From the NCBI RefSeq assembly GCF_009914755.1, contig NC_060926.1: 64,000 nt of DNA; one strand, given 5' to 3'. Both the position numbers and the translations under genes were made by a program. The notes under the pieces were generated by a model. It worked only from the letters and a program-made list of their open reading frames with translations, did no database searches and was not told the origin of the DNA. This stretch comes from the human T2T-CHM13v2.0 reference genome, Homo sapiens. Position 1 is the stretch's first letter. Each line of letters starts with the position of its first letter. Below, piece after piece: positions 45,551 to 59,869 of this stretch.

Positions 45551-46329
45551 GCTTAAACTGTTTAGCACTTTCCCCAAAACAGTAGCATAGTATAATGGTC
45601 AATTAGTGTCTGTTAAATTGTTAAGTTACTAATTTACTTAGCTGAAAAGCAACAGCTCTCATTTAATTCACTTTGCAGCCAGCCATATGAGAAAAAGGGG
45701 CCCTGTGCTCTTGCATTGTGGTTTCTTTTCTGGTTTCTCCCTGCCTGACCCTCTCGTGGACCTGTGATGTTCAGTGGCTTTATTATTCATCCACTGCACA
45801 TTGAATCTCTGCTCGGGAAAGCATCTAAATTCTGTTAACCACCAGCCTTGCTCAGCACCACACTTTGCTAAAATGCACATCCGTTCCCTACCCTGCCTCT
45901 CCCTAACTTATATACTGGGGCACCATGAGGTCAGCATCTTATAAGAGGAAGCCCGTTTCCCTCTCATTGGCCTGTCCCTTTTCCAGTCCTGATGCTGGTT
46001 CCCTTCATGGCATCCCCTCCCACTCCTGTTCTCCCATCCCTTGGGTCAGGAGTCAAGCAATCCTGACAGAGACCAGCTGAGTGGAAAGGTTGGGAACAGC
46101 TTCCATGGGGCTGGAGCTGGAGTGTGTTTCATTCCAGCCACGAAAACATGGGGTCCAAAGACCTTGAGGAGACAGAGTCAGCATCTACAGGGGAGAGACA
46201 AGCTTCAGGGACCAGCGCAGAGGAGCAGAGGCCAGTGTCATGGTTTGGTTAGGGGAGACTGAGGCCAGGGTGGAAACACCCCAGATACACCTGAGGATAG
46301 GAACGGGGAACAAACAGTCCTGGGCAACT

Positions 46330-46560
46330 GCTAGGAGTGACTTGAGGGCAGCAAGACGCATGATGATGAGCAGACACTGGATGCGGCCCATCATCTGCTG
46401 TGTAGCCTTGAGCTCATTAATCACTCTCTGTGGCCCACTTCCCTGGTCTATCAAACATGGCTAATGATGATGCCTACAGATTGTCTCTTCTGAGGTTGTT
46501 GAGAGACTTAAAAAGAGCCAGAACATGGAATGTGCTAGGATATGGTGGTACTCAATGACA
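46330..46560 (+). mobile_element. MIR, degraded
   Basis: CTGTGTAGCCTTGAG...TCACTCTCTGTG...GAGGTTGTTGAGAGACTTAAA. Confidence 0.5.
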
Positions 46561-47442
46561 GATAGACACGGCCATCAGCGCTGTGGTGATTATGTCCCAC
46601 AGCTCTGTGTCTGGTCTCTAGATTACCCAAATGACATCAGTAGCATCCAGCAAGTCAGAAGTCTCCCCAGATAAACCTAATCCCTTCTGTCTCTCCTTTT
46701 TTTTTTTTTGTTTTGTTTTTTGCTTGAAACTCACTCCTCTGTCATAAGCCACATGTTGCTCCTGCAAGAACAACCTGGGCTTCTCCCATCATGCATGACA
46801 AATCACTTCCAGGATCCAGCCCAGCCTGTGAGACCCCAGCCAGCATGGCCCACCAGGATGGCTCTTCCACAAAACGGAGATCCATTTGGAAATGGAAGAA
46901 GACTCACCAACCACTTCAGGCCCACCAATGCAGTGCTTTCCCAGAGGAACTTGCAACTTAACAGCATAAGGGACTTGACATAAAGGCTATTTCCACTGTT
47001 GTTTCCTGAGACCAGGGAAGCATTTTGGTTTTCAGCTTCCACGTATTTCTCACTTTCAGGTTTTTCTACTGTGAACACCAGCACTTTATTCCCCTGAGTA
47101 AAGGAGCAATTTTATGCTCTAAAGGACCTATCTAGAGCTGGATGAAGAAGGAGCTACTGAGTCAGGATTAGATCATGCTCCTCTGTGAGTGTGAGTGTGT
47201 TTAGTTGAGGTCCCTTTCTCATAGAAATTACATATTCTACATATTGTCTGTGTGATATATGTGTGGACTGGCAAATAGGAGCATGTCTACATTAGTACAG
47301 CTGGATTTAGCACAATACTATTAAAATGGAATTGGCCACATATTTATGCATGCATCCAGTCATGCTGGGACCAGAAGGCTTACTAACTAGTCCTGTTTCT
47401 ACCCTGCTGCCCAGGAGAAAGGAAGGAGGCTTGTTTTGGCCA

Positions 47443-47575
47443 GGAAGGAAGGAAGGAAGGAAGGAAGGAAGGAAGGAAGGAAGGAGGGAGGGAGGGAGGG
47501 AGGGAGGGAGGGAGGGAGGGAGGGAAGGAGGGAAGGAAGGAAGGAAGGAGGGAAGGAAGGAGGGAAGGAAGGAAG
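47443..47575 (+). repeat. Compound (GGAA)n/(GGAG)n purine microsatellite
   Basis: (GGAA)10 at 47443-47482, (GGAG)10 at 47483-47522, then 13 mixed units (10 GGAA, 3 GGAG). Confidence 0.97.
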
Positions 47576-47579
47576 TCAG

Positions 47580-48426
<847 letters not shown>

Positions 48427-49609
48427 CACATACAATCCTTTAATCCTTAGATTCTTTGTCTCAATTTCTTCTCAGGTAATTAACTTCATGAAAAGCTTCA
48501 CTCAAAATGTTAACCCCCACCACCATAAACCATTGTGTGTTATCCCTTGAAGCCCTCAAAAAATACCCATTATTTTATGGACCACACCATAAAGCATTCA
48601 TAGAAAAAGGATTTTGCAGTGTTATAAAAAAGAAGGGAAAGGAATCTATAGTCATCAAATTACAGGTTATATATCTTGCTGAGATATGTATATTCTTCAT
48701 ATTGAAGAAAATGCTAAAAGCCTGGACATGTGAAGTGACCTTAGAAAAATAAAATGTTTTTATTTTGTATATTTTGTATTTTTCAAGCCAACAACTCTTC
48801 ATTTTCTCTACAGAATCTTTTTTTTTAAGAGTAAATGTCTTTGTATATTTTTTTTTTCATTTTACAGGAACTAACTCTAATTCTACCTTCTTTCAGATCT
48901 TGGTTTACTGTTAAAAATAAATGCCTTTCTTTAAAGTAACCTCCCACCTTTTGTGCCGTGCTTGGAAAAGGAAAGAAGAAAGTTGGCTATAAAGAAAACA
49001 AAGACTTTGCCTGGCATGAGGTGGGGATGATTTAAAATGCTTCCACCCAATTGAGAAGGAAACCTATGGCCCTTTAAAGCTGAACTCCTGGAACCTGCAT
49101 TTCACATAATTGGAATCAGTGTGAATATCACACGCAGCAAAATGAGAAAATGTCACTGACTCATCCTTCTTCAGTGAAGAAATGCTTGCCTTTCTTTCTA
49201 AAGGCTTGAAAAGGACCCGCTCAGCAGAGAGCAATTTTTTTCTCCATTCTCTTACTTTTGAGTCCTATTTTCCTATACCCTTGCAGAAAAGAAGCCTCAA
49301 ATCAGAAAAAGATACGGAGCAGTATTGCCTCTGCATTTTCTTTATAAAAGTCCATTCATAAAATACCAGAGGACACCTTCTGCATTAATGAGAGTATTGC
49401 CTACAACTGAACCTCATAGTGAGGAATGAGCAAGTGAGGGTGCAGGGTTGCCCTGGGGTGAGGCTTGTTTTGGCCAGGACCATGCCCTCTGACAGCTCCC
49501 TGAGTGACAGTTAAAACTTTAAAATCCATAAGGTGACTCACAGCTCAGTGCGCATATGAGAAGGGTGGCTCAGGAAGCCAACTTCCCAGGTTTAATTTGG
49601 TTTCACTTC

Positions 49610-50080
49610 TAGTTTCCAGATAACATATGGAATGCCCAGTTAAATTTGAATTTCAGATAAACAACAAACGTTGTGCGGGATGCACTCAAACGGTCAGCCC
49701 TCAGTATCTGTGAGTTCTGTATCCATGGATTCAACAAATCATGGATGGAAAATACTCAGAAAAAAAATAACGATACAATAAAAAATATTACAAACAAAAA
49801 ATACAGGCTAACAACTATTTACGTAGCATTCACATTGTATTAGGTATTATAAGTAGTGGAGACATGATTTGAAGTATACGGGGAGATGTGCATAAGTTAT
49901 GCACAGATACCACACCGCTGCCTATCAAGGTCTTGAGCATCTGTGGATTTTGGTATCAGTGAGGGGGTGGTTAGTGGCAGGAGGCGGTCATAGATCCATT
50001 CCCCATCGATATCAAGAAAGGACTGCAGTAGAAAGTTATACATTGTTATAAACGTCATATGGCTAAATCTGACAACACTA
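49610..50080 (+). mobile_element. MER53 hAT MITE split by MER2
   Basis: TAGTTTCCAGATAA...GCCCAGTTAAATTTGAATTTCAGATAAACAAC left arm; GCTAAATCTGACAACACTA right end. Confidence 0.8.
49691..50025 (-). mobile_element. MER2 (TcMar-Tigger) MITE
   Basis: CGGTCAGCCCTCAGTATC...GGATTCAAC...TTGTATTAGGTATTATAAGTA...TTGAGCATCTGTGGATTTTGGTATC...GACTG. Confidence 0.88.
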
Positions 50081-51659
50081 GTTTGCCAATCATTTGCTGT
50101 ATGACCTTAACGTCTCCATGCCTTGATTTCCTCACAGGGATAATATCCCCAAGTAGAGATAACAATAACAATGCTCTCATGAGAGGGTTGTTACAAAGAT
50201 TAACTGAGTTCATGTTTGCAAAGTACCAGAATGGTACTTTGGCATGTCGTAAGTATTACCTAGATGTTCATTAACAAAAATGTAAAATGTATTTGTGGAA
50301 AAAATAAAAATCTGAGGCCAGATCAGACGAACAGAGACTTCAGCTTTACAAATTAATGCATCTTAGTCTTAGCATCTTTGAGACTGGCAGATGGATCGGC
50401 TGAAAGGCTTAAGCCATGGCAGAGCTGAACTTGCAACCAACAAGCACTAGTAGTGGTGAATGCCCCAGAGCTGGAGCCACAAGAGCCATAAAAATAGTCC
50501 TTGAGCCATCAATGCCCTCTCACCCCGCCAACTCACCAAAAGTGGTTTGTCCTGGTTGAGAGCAAAGCCCCATCAAAATTGGTTCTTACAAAGGGAAAGA
50601 GGGAGAGTTAGCCTAGAAAGGTGTTTGAATTTGAGGTTTAGTTTTTTAAGGATGAAAATGGAAATATGGGAGAAAGAGCAAAGATGTTATTGGATTAAGA
50701 TGGTGTCTATGGTTCTTTTGTCTGGATCTTCTCAAGGGGTGCACATAGTGCCCCGAGTGGCTGCGGAACCCAAAATGCTTGGAGTTCTAAGGGCCATAAT
50801 GGACAGGGAAGAGTGAGACATCATCTCTGACCTTTTAATCCAGCCTGCTGGCCATTGCTGCAAGATCAATACATTACTGTTCCCAAACTACACCTTCAAA
50901 TAAGCAGTGACATAGTCCCATCCCTGGGAATGAACAGTTAGGGGTATTGTGGGATCGTAGCCGAGAAAATACCATGTGTCACGAGTCAGAGGCAGCAACA
51001 GGACAGAAATAGGAGAGTGGGCAGCCTCCTCACTGGCCAGGAGGACTACAGACTCAGTGAAGTGGAGTAAGCAGCTGGTGGGGACATGTAAGTATTCGTT
51101 ATTGCAGTCCTATATGGTGGCCCCGGAGGGCGCTTGGGCTTGGCTCCTGTTCACAGGACAGAGTCAGCCACAGCTGATGCAGGAAGCTAGGTAGACAAGA
51201 CATTGGAATACTTGGTATTTTCCATTTAGCTTTCAATTGCTTCCTGCTGTGGACTGGGTTTTCCTTGTCTCCCCTGCCCAACTTGCCTTGTTTAACCTTG
51301 TTAATTTCTATCAATTCTGGGAAGGGAAGGATGTCCTCATCCTTATGTCCATCCTGTGCTAATTCCTACTTTCATAACTCTCTGGGCTTGCTCTCTGACT
51401 GTGGAATGTGTGAAAGAAAATGCATCAAGGATCCAATAGGACTCTTAGCCCCTCCCAAGGTCTCCAGGATCTTGCCTTCAGGTGGGCTTCTCTGTGCCTG
51501 CCTGTGAGACAGGTGAGCCTGGGCCTCACTGGGTCAGGTGGTGGTGCTCCTCCCTCAGTTCTGACCTGTTCAGTCTTTCTGAGCTCTCCAAACGTTTCAT
51601 GAGCATCTATCACATGTCTGGCCCAATGTCCAATACTGTAGGCTCAGTAACATGTGACC

Positions 51660-51780
51660 TAATATTTATCAGTGGCTTAGCATACGCCAAGCCTATAACG
51701 TACTTTATCTGCATTATTTCATTTTTGTTTTACAACAGATTTCTGAGGTAGATGTAATTATTGATCCTATTTACTGAACC
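51660..51780 (-). mobile_element. MIR fragment
   Basis: ACTTTATCTGCATTATTTCATTT...TACAAC...TGAGGTAGATG...ATCCTATTTAC. Confidence 0.55.
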
Positions 51781-52868
51781 CTGCTTTATAGGAGCTCATC
51801 AGCGAGGAGAAACAGCTAATAACAAAACACTGTGGATATTACATTCAGTCAAAGAAGTATCTGGGCACACTTGATTGGCAGCCCCTGCTGGGCATTGAGT
51901 TGTACAACATTGGACAAGACAGGCATAGTGTTGGGCCCCAGGTACCCCTGGGTCAGCAGGAGCAGATAAGCAAGGACAAAACAGCCACTGTGGGGGCCTT
52001 CCCGTGATTTGTGGAAAAACATCATAGGGCCAGGGTATCTCATCCAAGCTAAGAGTACATTTTCTGAAGAAAACAAGCATTCTAGTTTCTAATGACTGAG
52101 TGACAACCCTTCCCAACCTTGAAACAACAATGTCTTATTATCTCTAGTGGCTCTGAGGGTTCCCCAGGCTTGGCGGGCAGTCCTCGTCTTGCTTGGAATC
52201 TCTCCAGTCATTGCACTTCGATGCTGGACACAGCTGGAGATACCTGAGGTCTCGACCTGGCTGAACTCTGCGATGACTCCCTCACTCACAGCTCTGACCC
52301 TAGGCTGGCCAAGCATCCTCACCTGCGTGTGACCTCCCCACATGGCTGGCTGGACTCCTTCCGAGCACAGTGAAGGGAGGGGTACCTCTGCACGATGCCA
52401 ACTGCCACCAGAACCTGCATTCCAAGACAGCATTTTAGAAAGTATAGGCATCCATGGCCTAGGTTGGAAGGCACTCAGAGGAGCATATGCCACATTCAGT
52501 GGGGTGTAAGTGAACCCCAAGCCAGCCAAGATTGAAGAAGGGGTGCAGCCTACAAAAGGCATGATTGCAAAGAGGCTGGTTCATCAGGTACCACGGGGAC
52601 TCTCCACCACAGGAAGGGGCAGGGGGTGTGACTCGTGCATGAAAAAAAACCTGAGTTCCGGAGCAATTATAGGAAATGCTGTCATTCACCGAAGATCTAC
52701 TCATTAGGCAACAGACACTTCACAGTTCTTATTTCTAGTAATAACAGAATAGTTTTAGAAATATAAAACATTCATATATTATACATAATAAAATACATTT
52801 CTAATTATGGCCTTCTTACATAGTAGGTATCACAACTTTTTGTTTTAAAAAGTGGAAACTCAGATTCA

Positions 52869-53351
<483 letters not shown>

Positions 53352-53999
53352 TTAGAGTCTTTACTCTGCTCTTGTTGCTAAGGTAGGAAGTGCAGGGCCT
53401 AGGTGGAGCTTAGGGTGCACAGGAAGGCAAGGAAAGCTCCTGGAGGGCGATGCACTCCAGGCCACATCACAGAGTCTCCATCCGTAGCAGCTGAGAGTCA
53501 GAGGACGATTTTGAGTAGGCAGGTAGCATACTCTAGTCCTCTAGGCCTTCCTGGAGAGGTGTGAAGGTCTAAGCTCAGTGGGATCCAAGCTCTTCTCTTG
53601 ATAGACAGAGGGACAGCCCTCTGCTGTGGCTGAACAGACTGACCTGGAAGGCAGCAAGTGTGCTCAGTCATAACACCTCCTCATGTGTTTAGCACCAAAC
53701 CTGCCACACATTGGGTGACGATTGAATAATGGATGGATGGAGGCTTTATATAAATAAAAATTAACATCATTGGCGGCTTTTAAGAAAGAAACCTGCGGAC
53801 AAAATCCTGCATTGTCCTTTCCTATGAGGCCAACCAGAGCCATCCACTGCCTCTGCTTGAAGTGCTGTGTGATCACATGGCCAAGCTCCGTGCCTCTCTT
53901 TCTGACTTTCTCTGCTTGCATCAGACCCTCCTAGGTTGGCTGCAGCTGTTGCCTATGCCAGCAGCCTGCCTTGAGGTTCTCTGTGTTTTTCTGCCTCCC

Positions 54000-54726
54000 C
54001 TCTCTTCTCAGGACACACAGTCCTCCTGGACAATGGCCCTCAACCCTTTGGTTAGCCACCACTGTGAGCTACTGAAGGACACTTCTCAAGTTGATATCCC
54101 CAACCCTGACTCTTCTCCTTGTCTCTTCCTCCTGAGGTCTCAAATGCACTACCCAAATCTGAATTCATTGTCTCCCCCAAAATCTTAATGGGTTCTTCTT
54201 AGCTGAGACTATGGTGCCACCATCTAGTAAGTCAGGAATCTGACAGCTAGTCTCAGCTCTCCGGTTTGATTTGCTATCACATGACATTAGTCATGGAGTC
54301 ACAGCACTTTTGCCTTCACTTGCCCTCTCCTGGCCAGTGGTCCCACCACTCATCACCCTCCATACACCCTCATCACTTTGCAGCAGCCTCTCTCCTGGTT
54401 TCTCTGGCTCCAGGTTCGACCCTCTGCTTCGTCTCCAAATGATATCCTTCTGAAAGGCAGACTCTCTCATACCACTCCAAGATTCAGTAGTTTAATATTG
54501 TCATGCTAAAGCTCTGTAGAATAATTTTTGCTCATGACCAATGCCCACCATTCTCCCTGCACACACCTGTTTGCTTGGGCCTCCTACAAATCCTCAGATG
54601 CTACTCCTCCAGCCCCCTCAGATCCAGCCTGACTTGCTTTTAAGCCTCTGTACCCTCTGTTCCCTGATTCCTTCTACTGGGAATAATCCTCCCTCTCTCA
54701 AATCCTGGGTGAATACGCAACCCTTC
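54000..54726 (+). mobile_element. L2 internal fragment
   Basis: C/T-rich L2-like sequence (CCCCAACCCTGAC, GTCAGGAATCTG, GCAGCAGCCTC...CTGGTTTCTCTG). Confidence 0.55.
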
Positions 54727-54730
54727 AAGA

Positions 54731-54999
54731 AGCACCTTTGGGAGGCCGAGACAGGTGGATCAGGAGGTCAGGAGTTCGAGACCAGCCTGACCAACATGGT
54801 GAAACCCCGTCTCTACTAAAAATACAAAAATTAGTTGGGCATGATGACGTGCGCCTATAATCCCAGCTACTCAGGAGGCTGAAGCAGGAGAATCTCTTGA
54901 ACCCAGGAGGCGGAGTTTTCAGCAAACCAAGATCACACCACTGCACTCCAGCCTGGGCGACAGAGCAAGACTCTGTCTAAAAAAAAAAAAAAAAAAAAA
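54731..54999 (+). mobile_element. Alu (AluSg-like), 5'-truncated
   Basis: Starts at AGCACCTTTGGGAGGCCGAG; A tail; TSD AAGAAGCAC(C)TTT. Confidence 0.94.
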
Positions 55000-55689
55000 G
55001 AAGCACTTTCAGCAGTGGAAGTCAGTGTTGCCCTCCTCCCTGCCCCACTCTATGTTGTGATCACAGTACCTTCAAATCAATTGACGGTGACAAGAGATAC
55101 CTTTGCCTGTCAGAGCCATCCAGAGAAGTCAAGAAAATCCCATTCGAAAAGAATTACTTTCCAGCCTGTTTCTTAATTCCTAAAACACCTTTCCCATTCA
55201 CACACTTGCCCTTATAGAAGGAAGTCCATGACTTACATCCATGCCTATGGGTGCAAAATAACCTTTGCTGTAAGCAACCTTGGCGGATGCAGGGAACAGG
55301 GACACTGCAGGTGCTCAGAGAAGGGTACAGAATGCAAAGATTGGTCATTGCAGGTGTGCTCAAGGCCACACTGGGTGCTTTCTCACCTTCGAAGCCCATC
55401 ATACCAAGCCCAGGGCTGAGCTTGCTATGGATGCCCAGCCACATTATACAGTGTGATAAAACTGTTAAACTGCAAACCACACACCTTCTATTCCCAGGGC
55501 AGGATACCCCAGCCACTGGAATTTTATCTGTAAAGAGATCCCCTGCTGGCCTGTTACCATTGCTCAGGGTGCCTCATTTCCAACCCACGTGTCCAAGGAT
55601 CCCTGTTCCAAATACTCCAGCAAGGGTGAGGGATCCTGGGGAACTGGCATTTGGTAAAAGTAGATTCTATTCCTTCACACTCCACTAGG

Positions 55690-55870
55690 CACTATCAACA
55701 AGCACTGTCTCATTTAAGCCTCTCTCAATTTGAAATGTGCTTATCTGCCATTATTCAGGGAACCACAAAGGTTAACCGACTTATTATCATCACATGACTT
55801 GTGACCTAGCCAGACGCCAGCCCAGGTCTCTGGGACTCCAGGCATCAAGTTGATCCTACTCTGCCACGCA
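55690..55870 (-). mobile_element. MIR, degraded
   Basis: TCTCATTTAAGCCTC...AAAGGTTAACCGACTT...CCCAGGTCT...GACTCCAG. Confidence 0.55.
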
Positions 55871-56689
55871 CGCCTCTCTGACTTGGTACCTGACGCCACA
55901 GAATATTCATTCCAGCTCCCTGTGACCTTTTCTACATTAACTTTCTTCTAGCTTCAGCAATGATGCTATTACAGATTTCTATTATTTGCAGATACTCACT
56001 GTGGGTGATTTCTCTAGAAAAAACACCCTGTCTCTGCTATGATAAGGTATGTGTACCAAAAGCTTGCGATTTGCTTTTTCACCTTTCTTTGTCTTTTGAC
56101 AGTGGATATTTTTCTAAGCCCCACTTTTCTGCTTGTATTAACAGCATCTTATTTTTAGAAAATTACTTCTTAGGGTTCTTCTGATGCACCAGAAGCCTGT
56201 CCTCTCAAATGTGATTTCCATTACACCATCTTTCCAAAAGATGTGAAAGGGCAGGAGATAAGTAGTAGTTTGAAGTGCCAGAAAGAATCCTTTAATTGAG
56301 CAACAAAAGAGGAGGTTTTGATGCACTCCTCAAGCACAGAGTCCAGAAAACGAGAAGCTGGGGCATTTGCAAAGAAAAAAAAAGCCAAGTCGGTTCCTCA
56401 CAAGCAGCCACTGGGGAGGAAATCTCAGTTTTGCAGAGGAATGAGGAGTGGAAAGGTGCCCTAGAAAAATACCTGGAAGAAGGTTCTGGGAACCCAGATT
56501 AGCTGGCATTTCCAGTATTCCCCATGAGTCAATAAAATCCAGAATCCGTGAAAGTGCTTTTATGGATAGGTGGGGGTGATAGAAACCTCTGTAGGTATCC
56601 ATTTAGCTATTTTTAGATTTTTTCTATTTTTATATTACATTACGAATCAAGATTTCAAGATATTTATGAGGATACGCACTATACAAGCA

Positions 56690-56765
56690 AAAGGACTGAG
56701 CATTATGTGTGTCACACATAGGGGCTTAATAAATATGAGTTTGAGTGAATGAATGAATTAATTAA
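56690..56765 (+). mobile_element. L2 3' terminus
   Basis: CACATAGGGGCTTAATAAATA...GAGTGAATGAATGAAT. Confidence 0.6.
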
Positions 56766-58900
56766 TTAATGGAGATGACTGCAAGAAGAGACCAGGTGGT
56801 ATGGATGGAAACCTAATGAACTGCCACACACTGAACCAATTTGGCTACCAACTTTTTGGAAGGCCAGTGTGGAAAGAAAAACAGGACCCTGGAATTTAGC
56901 CTTGATTCTCCTGCTGACCAATTTAGGGTCTGGGGCAGCTCCTCTCTGGGTGTCGATTTCTTTACTCATTGCACAACACTCCTGTGAGCCTCTGGCAGGT
57001 GGGACCTGCCCCCCATCCTCATCTTCCCCATCAGAAGTGGCTCCAAGTCCCTCGGTAAATGTTTGTTGAATGAATACTCTCCATTCATTTTACAGCCAAG
57101 CCTTCTGTCTGACATACTTCACACAATTTACATTGTCCCTTCCCCTTCATGACACTGACCACAGTGTAGAGCCCGCCTCCCCTGCGGATGAGATGGGACG
57201 GGACACCCAGCACCCATCACCCACTCACCGGGCCCTCCCCAGGCTCTGACTCAGGAGCTCCCCGTGGCACACACCTCATGGCTCTTCTGCAGAAGCTGAC
57301 ATCTCCAAAGAGATGTGGAAAAGGACACTGGGACACGGATGCTGGAGCCACAAAGTGCTTTTCTGGGAAGCTGGGGGGAAAAGCCTTGGGAAAACACACC
57401 TCTTTAATAGTCCCTGAGTCCCTGATTCCTTTAGGATTGTTCTCCGTGCCCACCCACCAATAACTCGCTTGGCATGTGCTGAAATGGAATCACAGGGCCA
57501 TCTAATGCCCACTAGTGTTAATGCCAACCTTGTTTTGAGAAGACGTCCCTTATTCAGTGGGATTTTACCCTATATTGTGGCTAAGAGAATATCCTAAAGA
57601 CAGGTACTTCAACTTTCAGAATAAATTAATGTGTAGGAAAATAATCTATATACAACACTCTTTTTTGCATCTGCATTCTCTGATTGCAAATTCTAACTAC
57701 AAACTAGAGATATGTCCTTCTGGGAAACCTTTTGATCTGGAGACCACACTTATGCACACAAACAACTTATTGATGTACACACATCTGAGGGGAAAGCATT
57801 TCCTAATAAATGATTAATAACACTCAAAGCTAACTGTTCAATGGGAATGAAAAAGAGCTAGGCTTCTTTTTCATATTTGCCAGAAGAGCTTAGCTATATA
57901 AAAATGGAATAAAAACAAACAAGGTTGTCAATTAAACTAAGCAAAATATTTGAATGTTATAATTTCCCCAGGTTTTTCTCCAATTACCTTTTTAAATCTC
58001 TCAAGCAAGAGACGTGACACTTCATTTGGTGACAGAATAGCAGTCCATCAAACCAGCATTGGAACACTCCTGGAAATGGGTGCATACCCACAACTGGGTC
58101 TTTCTCTCTCTCCCTGGCATATATATATACTCTCAACTCATGACAGTATGAGGAGAATCTAGGGATCATGTTCATTAAGATACAACAAATGCCTTTAGGG
58201 AATGTAGAGCAAATCGGTTCACTTACAAATTCTTTGACTCTTTTTCCCAGGCATCTTCTGTGGCCAACACTAAATGAGTGAAGAAATATGTATCAATAGT
58301 GGAAAAACTATGAAACTGTGGCAGAGCCAACAGGAAGTAGAGCAGGGAAGGAGAGGGAAGGAGCTATGTATTTAAGAAAAAATAGAAAAGGTCTCACTAC
58401 CCTGAGTCTTCAGCCTGAAACCAAGAAGATGGAGCCCCAGGGCTGTGGAGAGCTGTGATGTAAAGACTGGAGAATATAGCATGCAAATAGGTCCAAACTT
58501 CAAGGACAATATTTGACATTCTAGGGACTACGTGACTTGAAGGGGTTTAGCAGCCACACACGACAAACTCATGTTTAGGTACTTACTACTACACACAAAG
58601 ACACATATACACACACACAAATACATTAATATATATGTGTATACATATGTGTGTATGTATACATAATTTCATAGTTATGGCACGCAGCTTGTAGAAAGTT
58701 TTAAAATACTGAAAAATAAAATAATGAAAAAGGAAAGTCCCCTGTCATGACACTGTCTCTCAGTAGCATTTTGGGATATTTTGAGGTGGCTTCTTTTCCC
58801 ATGTAGTTAGAAAATAGAAAAGTAGATTTAGAAAAATAAAATCTGACAAGTAGATAGTCTAATAGACAGAGATAATTTAAAGAGTGGAAAATATAGATAT

Positions 58901-59652
58901 ATCATTAGAGAAATGCAAATTAAAACCACAATGAGATATTATCTAACACCAGTTAGGATGGCTACAATCAAAAAGTCAAAAAATAACAGATGCTGGAAAG
59001 GTTGTGGAGAAAAAAGAATGCTTATACACTGTTGGTGGGAGTGTAAATTAGTTCAGTCATTGTGGAAGACAGTGTGGCAGTTCCTCAAAGACCTAAAGAC
59101 AGAAATACCATTTGACTCAGCAATCCCATTACTGGGTATATTCCCAAAGGAATACAAATCATTCTATTATAAAGACAAACGCTTGTGTACATTCATTGAA
59201 GCACTATTCACAATAGCACAGACGTGGGGTCAACCTAATTGTTCATCAGTAATAGACTGGGTAAAGAAAAAGTGGTACATATACACCATGGAATACTATG
59301 CAACCATAAAAAAGAATGAGATCATGTCCTTTGCAGGGACATGGAAGGAGCTATAGGCCATTATCCTTAGCAAACTAACACAGGAACAGAAAACCAAATA
59401 CCACAAGTTCTCACTTATAAGTGGGAGCTAAATGATGAAAACACATGGACACATAGAGAGGAACAACACACACTGGGGGTATCAGAGAGTGGAGCATGGA
59501 AGGAGGGAGAGGATTAGGAAAAACAATTAATGGGTACTAGGCTTAAAAACTGGGTAATGAAATAATCTGTACAACAAACCCCCATGACACAAATTTACCT
59601 ATGTAACAAACCTGTACTTGTACCCCTGAACTAAAAATCAAAGTTTAAAAAA
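58901..59652 (+). mobile_element. L1PA13-like 5'-truncated insertion
   Basis: ORF 58913-59356 is the ORF2 C-terminus ([16 protein letters not shown]...CWKGCGE...HCWWEC), followed by 3' UTR; TSD AAAATATAGA(T/C)ATAT. Confidence 0.9.
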
Positions 59653-59869
59653 TATAGACATATATTACAAATGTAAAGGCACATATTAACATATATGTTA
59701 AAAATCATGCTGTGTCCATCATTTTATATTCTGCTTTTTTCCATTTCTTATACAATGTATTTTTCCTTGCTATTAAATAGTCTTGGAAATAGAATTCTTA
59801 AGGGCTGATTGTATTTCTACATTTGGATATGATTTAATTTATTTACTATCCTATTGTGAATCATTTTAC

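Larger units (their letters stand above)
49540..50273 (+). mobile_element. MIR split by MER53 and MER2
   Basis: MIR-like 5' part at 49540-49609 and 3' part at 50081-50273 (GCTGTATGACCTT...TTTCCTCA...GGGTTGTTACAAAGATTAACTGAG). Confidence 0.6.

Noticed and set aside
52089-52562. 157-aa minus-strand ORF (also 55251-55688, 30949-31347, 29050-29316)
   Set aside because: No recognisable domain or exon structure; lengths are compatible with chance in moderately GC-rich DNA. Protein similarity and conservation searches would be needed to reopen them.
58913-59356. 147-aa ORF with a Cys/His motif
   Set aside because: The C-terminus of L1 ORF2 in a 5'-truncated L1PA copy.
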